Positions 57,228-64,000 of a stretch of 64,000 nt of DNA are shown in pieces. The notes under the pieces were generated by a model that worked only from the letters and a program-made list of their open reading frames with translations, made no database searches and was not told the origin of the DNA. Both the position numbers and the translations under genes were made by a program. The stretch's first letter is position 1; every line of letters begins with the position of its first letter. The DNA is from a virus, in IMG/VR virus record IMGVR_UViG_3300050821_002279, positions 1 through 64,000 of that record; one strand, 5' to 3'.

Positions 57228-57260
57228 GGGTGGTTGGTGCAACGACCGGCCACCCTTTTT
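57228..57260 (+). terminator. intrinsic terminator after the capsid gene
   Basis: GGGTGGTTGGT-GCAACG-ACCGGCCACCC-TTTTT. Confidence 0.75.
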
Positions 57261-57271
57261 GAAAGGTCACT

Positions 57272-57826
57272 ATGAGCGAAAAAATCGAATTCACGCCGCC
57301 TAAAGGTTTCCATGCCCCAGAGAACGTCGAACCCGACAAGGATTTTGATCTGGTCTGTTCCTTTCGCGCCAAAGAAGGCGGGAAGCTTTGCATGACGAAG
57401 CTCGGCGATACCGATTGCCCTGGTTACGGCGACAAAAAGGAAGAGGGCGGCGAAGAGCGACAAGAGCACAAGCCGGATTACAGCGGTTACGCTCAGGAAC
57501 TCTCAACCAGCATGGGTGAAGGTGGAGCGCCTAACCCGAACAGTTACAACGGTTAAACAATCAACGGAAACAAATCAATTATGCCAAGAGTCATTCACAC
57601 GGTTAGACACGAGCGTTCCCTGTTCAACAAGATCGGGTTTGCTCAAGCTTACTGGCTGTCCAGTGGCGGCACAGCCACCACTCCGCGTATTAAGGCTGGG
57701 AGAACCGGCTACATTGGCGGTTGGGCAAGCGACGGATCGCGTACCGTAACTGCGGAGTCAGCAACCAATGTTGCCGTGGTTAAGGTGCCCGGTACCTTCA
57801 TGGCCCAGAATCGAACTGGCGAATAA
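57272..57826 (+). CDS. two small ORFs (57272-57556 and 57581-57826), hypothetical
   Basis: ATG starts, same strand, in the structural operon. Confidence 0.55.
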
Positions 57827-57835
57827 GGGCGCTTC

Positions 57836-58048
57836 ATGCCGACTGAAATCTGGTCGGGCGGAAAGCAGGAGCGTTATGGGAGCGGTGTAGTGCCGAAAAC
57901 TTCGGATACCCGCCGCATCCTTCTGGTAAAGCGCCTGCGTTCGCTCATCCAGAATAAAGGCGCAGTGAGTGCGGATCGTTATCCGATGTCGTCAGATACG
58001 CGGCGAGTCTTGTTGTTGAAAATTGACGCCGTTCAAAACGGCATTTGA
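57836..58048 (+). CDS. small protein with two P..SDTRR.LL.K motifs
   Basis: PKTSDTRRILLVK and PMSSDTRRVLLLK. Confidence 0.65.
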   Translation: MPTEIWSGGKQERYGSGVVPKTSDTRRILLVKRLRSLIQNKGAVSADRYPMSSDTRRVLLLKIDAVQNGI

Positions 58049-58057
58049 AAGGATACA

Positions 58058-58441
58058 ATGCCACCAACAGAGTTCTACGGTAGCGGGACAATTCCCAAAA
58101 CGGGCGATACGCGCCGGATCTTGCTCTTGAAAGAGCTTCAAGCCACCAACTCTGGCGGGGGCGGGGGTGGAGGTGGCGGCGGTATCCCCATAGGCAATCC
58201 AGGCTCATTCAAAGCGGGCGTCGTCAACCTGGGGAATAATGTTTCATCCGGTACCGTGACCGGCCTCGCCCTTCCTGGGACTCCGGTTTCCTTCCAACTC
58301 ACCGTTAAACAGCCAGCAAATGGGCTTGTCCTTGTCGCCAGCACGGTTTCAGGGTCGGAAACATCAGACGGTTATCAGTTCTCGATGAACGGCCACACCG
58401 ATAGCGCAAGCTACAAAATGGCGTGGCTCGCAGCCTTTTAA
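58058..58441 (+). CDS. virion accessory protein: DTRRILL motif, Gly linker, beta domain
   Basis: PKTGDTRRILLLK, poly-G linker, C-terminal domain paralogous to 31692-32378. Confidence 0.65.
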   Translation: MPPTEFYGSGTIPKTGDTRRILLLKELQATNSGGGGGGGGGGIPIGNPGSFKAGVVNLGNNVSSGTVTGLALPGTPVSFQLTVKQPANGLVLVASTVSGSETSDGYQFSMNGHTDSASYKMAWLAAF

Positions 58442-58447
58442 ACAACC

Positions 58448-61400
58448 ATGAAAAAGTTCCTATGGGGTGGATTCCTGACAGGGATCGCCATTCTTTGCAT
58501 TGCGGCAGTGTCCCATTTCCCGATTGTTAACGGGGTTCTGCAAGGTGATTTGGACGCGGGGGGCAATAGCATTACGAATGCGCAAAACCTCGTTGGCAAC
58601 TTCCATTACGGCGACGGGTCTAATCTTTCGAACGTTACAGCGGGAGTCACAGTGCAGACCAATGGCGTGCAGCTTGCGACTGGGCAGGGCACGTTAAACA
58701 TTAACGCGGGCGCAAACGTCACGGTCACGGGAAGCTCTGCTGGTTCGGTTGCCACAGTAACTATAGCCTCTACTGGCGCTGGAGGCGGCGGCATTGCCAC
58801 CGTGCAATCGAACGGGGTTAATCAGGTCACTAGCGCAACGGCTCTTAATTTCTGGAATACAGGCGACGTTCTTTTCGGGCCTTACACTAACGCGCCAGCG
58901 GGAACTGCGGATATTCCGGCCTTCCTGAAAAATACCGGGACGGCGGGAACCTACAGGAGTGTGACCTTCGATGCGCAAGGGCGAGAGACGAGCGGAAGCA
59001 ATCCGACAACTTTCGCGGGCTACGGCATCAGTGATACGGCTGCGAATCTCAAGGCCGCGCTGAGCACTTGGGATGGTAGCTTTTGGACGAACCTCACTGG
59101 TCCGAACATTGTGGGCGGGCCGATCACCAATGCCATCAATACGACCGGCAACGGAACTTTCGGCGGAAACCTATCGGTGACTGGATGGGAATTCGTGACT
59201 GGTGGCGAAACTAATGTGGGGAAACTTTACCTTTCTTCTATCAACATTTCCAACGCTGGAAGCGCGGCGGCAACGTGGATGCTGGGAGTGACGGCGGCTG
59301 GCGATGTCGTCACTAACGCCGTTCCAAGTGGAGGCACGGTGTCGGCTGGTGTGGATATCTTGGTGAGCGGCTCGCAAGTCAGTTTGAACACCAACATGAC
59401 CAATGTGGCCTCGATCACGTTTACCAATGGCGCAGTCATGCAAGGTTCATCCCCGGGAAGCTCCAACGCCGTCACATGGTCATCGAGCCAAAGCCAGCCA
59501 AACGGGTTGACGAATCAGGTTGCGGCAGTGGCCACCAACGGATTCGTTGACCTTGGAACCAACCATCAATTTCTTTTGGACACTTCTGGCAACGAGACGA
59601 TTAAGGGGACAATGACCGCGACGAGTTACAACGGGCTCGACACTTCATTGACCAATGCATCCGGGGTGACGCTTCCAATAGAACTCTCTCAAAAGGTTGC
59701 TACGAACGACAGCCGCACGGTTGCCTTGACTGGGCTATTCAGCGAAACAGCGCTTTCCACTTTCAGCGGCGGTCTTGTGGATAACTGGCAATTTGATTCT
59801 GGGCCATCAACAAACGTCGGCAAAACCTATCTCTCGTCTGTCAATATATCCAACGCAGGCAGTGCGGCGGCGGTGATGATGCTCGGCGTTACTGCCGCCG
59901 GAGATGTGGTTACCAACGGGATCCCCGGAGGCGGGGCCGGCCCAAACCCAACCAACAACGATCTGGTTCTGAGCAACAATCTCACGAGCCTGACGATCTA
60001 CGTCGCAACGAACGGCTCGAGCGGGAATTTCCCCGGCACGCCGCTGGCCCCAGTGGACGCGGCGACTGCCCAGGCCGCTGCGACCAACGGCAATACGATC
60101 ATCCTTCTGGATTATAACTATTTCACCGGTCCCTGGCAGTTCACTGGAGCTTGGGGAACTCCACAGCATCCGACAACGGTTAAATCTCAGCACAAGTGGA
60201 CGGCTGGAATCGTGAACTCGGTCAATGGTGGAATTCTGATGGTGGCGTCGCCCGTCATCACCAACTTCGTTTTGGATGGTTTGATCATCAGCAACTCGGC
60301 AGTGGACGGCCTCGGCGGCGGCGGACATGACAATACCTTTCGCAACCTCTGGATCGACCGATCTTCACAGCAGGGAGTCAACCTGACCGAAGTTAACTGC
60401 TCAAACAACATCGTGGAGTATTGCCTACTGACTCGCAACGGGACAACTAACGACACCACCGGGGCGCACTTCCACAATCTTTACGTGAACGGACGAAATA
60501 ACACGGTGCGCTTCACCGTGGGGCTCTTCCCAACCAATGGCTGCAATTTCCAGTTCTTCTCTGGCATCACTGGCGACACGATTACCGGGGACCGGATTTA
60601 CGGCAACTTCACCTATGGCGCGACCAACAATTACGGCTGCGTAGTGTGGGCGACTGATGGCGCGGCGGCCACGGCTGGCACGAACACGGTTTATAACAAT
60701 GACTTCCTTGACTCGATGGGCGTGCGATACGGGGCCATGTATCTCACGAATAACATCGTTCTCACCAATACCGTCCAGTCGATAACCGTGGCGATTTCAT
60801 TGGGCGTTGCGGGTGCGGCTCCGACTATCTTTGGCGACTATCAGCTTGGCACCATTGCGATGCCTGCCGGAGTTGCTGGGGCTCATGACGTGGTTTCGTC
60901 TTTCGCCAATATCGGATTCGTGAACTTCCCGGCGGGTGTCTTCTGGCTCAATGGCACCAATTCGACTGCTTATGGGAAGGGCCTCTCGACAACCTTTCCG
61001 ACGCAGGACATTTGGGGCAACCAGAAGCAGACCATCACAGACATCGGGGCGGCTCAGTTCGACACGATTGCGGCGGGCGACACGCGGACCTTCATCCCGA
61101 TTCAAAACACCGGTGACGACTACTTCACCAAGCCGACGATTTACAACACGATTAAGATGCCGACGATTTCAGCGATCAGCGGCATCACCGTGACTCCAAC
61201 GACGAGCGGTGACGGCTCAACAAACTATGGTCTGACGGTGAGTGGTGGAGGTTCGACAACCAACGGTTATCTCGCAAACACCAATTTTATCTCTGGGCAA
61301 CTTTATACCAACACGCTCGGAGGTCCGATCCACGTGAGTGTGAACGTAAACACGCACGTTTCCAATGTGAGCGGTCAGGCGGCTGTAGCTCTGTGGGTAT

Positions 61401-62320
61401 TTGGGAGCACCACTAATGCTGTTGGATACACTAGCTCGACCCTTGGATTTGCTGCCGACCAAACAAATCTGCTTAGCGGATGGGTGGCAAATGGGCTCGG
61501 TTACGTGTTTACAAACATCTTAGCCGGGGCCGGTGACACCGCCACGCTCTTCGGTGGACAGATCGCAATGCCAAGCGGAACAAACCTCACTGGAGTCCAG
61601 GGCATTACTGGCACCGCGAATCAGGTGACAGTAGGCGGGACAGCGGCCAACCCTATTCTTTCCACCCCGAGCACTTTTGTAGGGCCGGGAAGCGTGACGG
61701 CTACGACAGTGTTCAACGGCACTGCCGGGTCGGGACTAACAAATTTGAACGGTGGCGCAATTACCGGCGGCGTATGGCGCATCGACATCCCCGGATTTGC
61801 ACTTAACCCGGCGGATACTGGATCAATGTCTTACGTCACAAACACGCCTGGAGCCGCCTCTACGTCGATCCAGGGCGCTGGACCGTCCCGTCCTATGTGG
61901 CAGGTGACGGCAACGGGAACAAACATTTATGCAGTATTCCCGCTCCCTTACAACTACGACAGCACTCCGATCACTGCGGAGGCGTGGTTCGTGGGCGGCA
62001 CAAACTTCAACACGAAGACAACCAACGTAGTTACCGCCTCAGCGAGCACCTACGGCTCGGCTCTCGGGACTGCGGTCACGGTCACAAACCGGGTTGACAC
62101 GGTAGGCGTCTCGACGTTTTGGACTACCAATACGCAGTTGCCTGGGATTGTAATAGCCAATAGCACCGCCGCTCCTCTCCCCGGCAGGGCTGTGACGGTT
62201 CAATTCGCGGTGAATAACACAGCGCCGCAGTTCTCAATTTCAAATACCCTCTACCTTCACCATGTCTCGATATTTGGAACCGCGACCAACGTCGCCAGGG
62301 GCAGCATAACAATGCCGTGA
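58448..62320 (+). CDS. tail fibre/spike-like protein with beta-helix domain and N-terminal signal peptide (1290 aa)
   Basis: Fibre motif AGTYRSVTFDAQGR...NPTTFAGYGISD; pectate-lyase-like start IYVATNG...GT..AP; beta-helix repeats; DIWGN...DIGA end. Confidence 0.75.
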   Translation: MKKFLWGGFLTGIAILCIAAVSHFPIVNGVLQGDLDAGGNSITNAQNLVGNFHYGDGSNLSNVTAGVTVQTNGVQLATGQGTLNINAGANVTVTGSSAGSVATVTIASTGAGGGGIATVQSNGVNQVTSATALNFWNTGDVLFGPYTNAPAGTADIPAFLKNTGTAGTYRSVTFDAQGRETSGSNPTTFAGYGISDTAANLKAALSTWDGSFWTNLTGPNIVGGPITNAINTTGNGTFGGNLSVTGWEFVTGGETNVGKLYLSSINISNAGSAAATWMLGVTAAGDVVTNAVPSGGTVSAGVDILVSGSQVSLNTNMTNVASITFTNGAVMQGSSPGSSNAVTWSSSQSQPNGLTNQVAAVATNGFVDLGTNHQFLLDTSGNETIKGTMTATSYNGLDTSLTNASGVTLPIELSQKVATNDSRTVALTGLFSETALSTFSGGLVDNWQFDSGPSTNVGKTYLSSVNISNAGSAAAVMMLGVTAAGDVVTNGIPGGGAGPNPTNNDLVLSNNLTSLTIYVATNGSSGNFPGTPLAPVDAATAQAAATNGNTIILLDYNYFTGPWQFTGAWGTPQHPTTVKSQHKWTAGIVNSVNGGILMVASPVITNFVLDGLIISNSAVDGLGGGGHDNTFRNLWIDRSSQQGVNLTEVNCSNNIVEYCLLTRNGTTNDTTGAHFHNLYVNGRNNTVRFTVGLFPTNGCNFQFFSGITGDTITGDRIYGNFTYGATNNYGCVVWATDGAAATAGTNTVYNNDFLDSMGVRYGAMYLTNNIVLTNTVQSITVAISLGVAGAAPTIFGDYQLGTIAMPAGVAGAHDVVSSFANIGFVNFPAGVFWLNGTNSTAYGKGLSTTFPTQDIWGNQKQTITDIGAAQFDTIAAGDTRTFIPIQNTGDDYFTKPTIYNTIKMPTISAISGITVTPTTSGDGSTNYGLTVSGGGSTTNGYLANTNFISGQLYTNTLGGPIHVSVNVNTHVSNVSGQAAVALWVFGSTTNAVGYTSSTLGFAADQTNLLSGWVANGLGYVFTNILAGAGDTATLFGGQIAMPSGTNLTGVQGITGTANQVTVGGTAANPILSTPSTFVGPGSVTATTVFNGTAGSGLTNLNGGAITGGVWRIDIPGFALNPADTGSMSYVTNTPGAASTSIQGAGPSRPMWQVTATGTNIYAVFPLPYNYDSTPITAEAWFVGGTNFNTKTTNVVTASASTYGSALGTAVTVTNRVDTVGVSTFWTTNTQLPGIVIANSTAAPLPGRAVTVQFAVNNTAPQFSISNTLYLHHVSIFGTATNVARGSITMP

Positions 62321-63009
62321 GAAACATCCTGATATCATTGCTATTGGTTGTCGCGCAGTTGGCAAGCGGCCAAAGCGAGGTGATCTTTGCTCCTTGGAAT
62401 CAGTACGCCTCGACCGCTGCCGGTTGCAGCATCAACGCCGCTGACACCTTCCACCGTGCTAATGAGAACCCATTGAGCCAAGGCGGGAATTGGAAACTGG
62501 TATCAGGTCAAGGGGCCTTACAGGTCTCCGGAAATGTCTGCACTTGGACCAACTGCGCAAGTCCTAACGGTGAAATGTATTTCGACGGGGCGCTTGGGTG
62601 GACTAATTGCCCATCCCAAACCTCAAGCACTTGGGTAACTGGAGGTCCGAATACCGCTGCTGGCGGCGGGTGGGGGCCATTCGTTCGATGCAGTCCGACG
62701 GTGAGGACATATTACGAGGCTATCGTTTGGCAGGGCAACGTGAGGCTGGAAGAGCGTATATCTGGCGTCGGGAATACACAGCTTGCAGACATTACTGTTA
62801 CCTACGTCACAGGAGCAGAACTCACGCTATCTGTCACCGGGAGCGACCTCACGAACAATGTGAATCTGATCGTAACTTACAATAACGTCCAGTTGACCAA
62901 CATGCACCCGTTCCACGTCATCACTAATGGGTTTCCGGGGATTCGGTATAGTTCAGCGGATAGCACTTGCCTCATGGCCGTGACAAACTGGGTTGGAAGC
63001 TCGCCGTGA
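62317..63009 (+). CDS. signal-peptide-bearing lectin/jelly-roll-like protein
   Basis: MRNILISLLLVVAQLASG; DTFHRANENPL..GNW; beta-rich; G.PGI. Confidence 0.6.
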   Translation: MRNILISLLLVVAQLASGQSEVIFAPWNQYASTAAGCSINAADTFHRANENPLSQGGNWKLVSGQGALQVSGNVCTWTNCASPNGEMYFDGALGWTNCPSQTSSTWVTGGPNTAAGGGWGPFVRCSPTVRTYYEAIVWQGNVRLEERISGVGNTQLADITVTYVTGAELTLSVTGSDLTNNVNLIVTYNNVQLTNMHPFHVITNGFPGIRYSSADSTCLMAVTNWVGSSP

Positions 63010-64000
63010 GACTCGCACTCTCCATCCTGCTTTGCTGCCTGAGCGCGAACGCCGCGACGATTACGAGTGTCCTGCGCGCGTCCAGCAACCCCAATTACTT
63101 CACCGACGCAACAGGCAAGGGCGTCATTCTCGTTGGCTCTCAAACATGGAACGACTTTCTGGATCTCGGGTTAGCCTCTGGCGGCTCAGTAACCCCTCTC
63201 AACTTCGATCAATATGTGACGAACCTTGTTTTTTGGGGCCATTCCGCAACGATTGTTTGGCACAAAGACTTTCCGCAAATGTACAACTGGGGTGCAGCGG
63301 GCGGTAGCACTACATGGATTATGTCGCCGTATCAATGGGCGAGAAACGGCCCCGGTAACGCGACAGATGGGCTGCTCAAGTTCGATTTTACCGTGTTCGA
63401 CACGAATTACTTTGCCCGCCTGAGGAGTAGGGTGATCGAACTTCAGACAAACGGGATTTACGCAATCGTCCAACTTTTTGACGGCACCGGCTTGATTTTC
63501 TTTCGCGGTTCTGGGGACGGTTATCCATACACGGCAGCAAATAATATCAACGGCATTGATGACGGCGGCGGAAGCTCGCAAACCTCGATGACGATGGTGG
63601 CAACCAATGCAATTACTGACGTGCAGGATAAATACATTGCGCACGTCATCAGCCAGATTGGAGATTTGCCAAACATCCTTTGGGAGCCTTCTGAGGAAGC
63701 GCCGACAAACTCACAGTTTTGGCAGAATCATGTTATTAGTGTTATTCGAGCAGTGGAGGCAACCAACACTTTGCAGCATCCTATCATGTACGCCAGCCTC
63801 ACGACCCCGCCCCCTACCGACAGTGTGCTTTACAATTCTGCCGCCGATGCGGTTGCTCCTGGGACTAAGATTTCTACGTCCACAAGCTGCGGCACGAATA
63901 CCCCGACGTGCAAGGTCGTGCTGGCTGATAGTGATCACCTTTACTTCGGCATGTGGAATGATTCACAGCAGGTAAATCGCAACTGGATTTGGGAAGAAGT
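63006..64000 (+). CDS. signal-peptide-bearing glycoside-hydrolase-like TIM-barrel protein (DUF6298/DUF4038-like), truncated by window edge
   Basis: Manual translation from GTG 63006: MRLALSILLCCLSANA...NPNYFTDATGKGVILVGSQTW...KFDFTVFDTNYFARLRSRV...GIYAIVQLF...NILWEPSEE...DSDHL. Confidence 0.7.
   Translation, partial: MRLALSILLCCLSANAATITSVLRASSNPNYFTDATGKGVILVGSQTWNDFLDLGLASGGSVTPLNFDQYVTNLVFWGHSATIVWHKDFPQMYNWGAAGGSTTWIMSPYQWARNGPGNATDGLLKFDFTVFDTNYFARLRSRVIELQTNGIYAIVQLFDGTGLIFFRGSGDGYPYTAANNINGIDDGGGSSQTSMTMVATNAITDVQDKYIAHVISQIGDLPNILWEPSEEAPTNSQFWQNHVISVIRAVEATNTLQHPIMYASLTTPPPTDSVLYNSAADAVAPGTKISTSTSCGTNTPTCKVVLADSDHLYFGMWNDSQQVNRNWIWEE

Noticed and set aside
57201-57240. GGTT-rich stretch resembling a second pentamer array
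   Set aside because: Short, no sustained 5-nt register, and largely the 5' arm of the capsid terminator.

Overview
The window is a segment of a tailed dsDNA phage or prophage genome with podovirus-type architecture. No integrase, tRNA or rRNA was recognised. The Thr-Asn-rich secreted-type proteins suggest a Verrucomicrobia-like host (inference). Layout: (1) 1-6.9 kb, leftward early/accessory block (DUF6745-like repeat protein, ASCH-like protein, AAA ATPase-HNH-DUF1257-DUF2997-DUF3150 module); (2) 7.7-8.5 kb, TerS-like HTH gene followed by a C-tract; (3) 8.7-16 kb, small genes, replication initiator with internal iterons, DnaB; (4) 16-31.6 kb, leftward tail and ejection block; (5) 31.7-38.9 kb, TerL and portal; (6) 38.9-40.2 kb, an inserted leftward unit with its own promoter and terminator; (7) 40.5-51 kb, ATP-grasp, DHH, glycosyltransferase and methyltransferase cluster; (8) 52.6-57.2 kb, scaffold and a major capsid gene split by a 276-nt group I intron; (9) 57.3-64 kb, fibre and carbohydrate-active proteins with signal peptides. 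The standout is unit (6): a solitary Cas7/RAMP-like gene (39323-39955) flanked by non-coding arrays of in-register 5-nt GGN-NN units (14 units upstream; 29+29+21 downstream, separated by a covarying 4-bp tetraloop hairpin). This is a candidate RNA-guided system using a gapped dinucleotide code rather than CRISPR repeats and spacers. Also notable: five copies of a pseudoknot-type 5' leader, a nozzle gene without an in-frame canonical start, and strong CCCGGG enrichment confined to about 1.9-8.4 kb. All family assignments are by eye; no database search was run.
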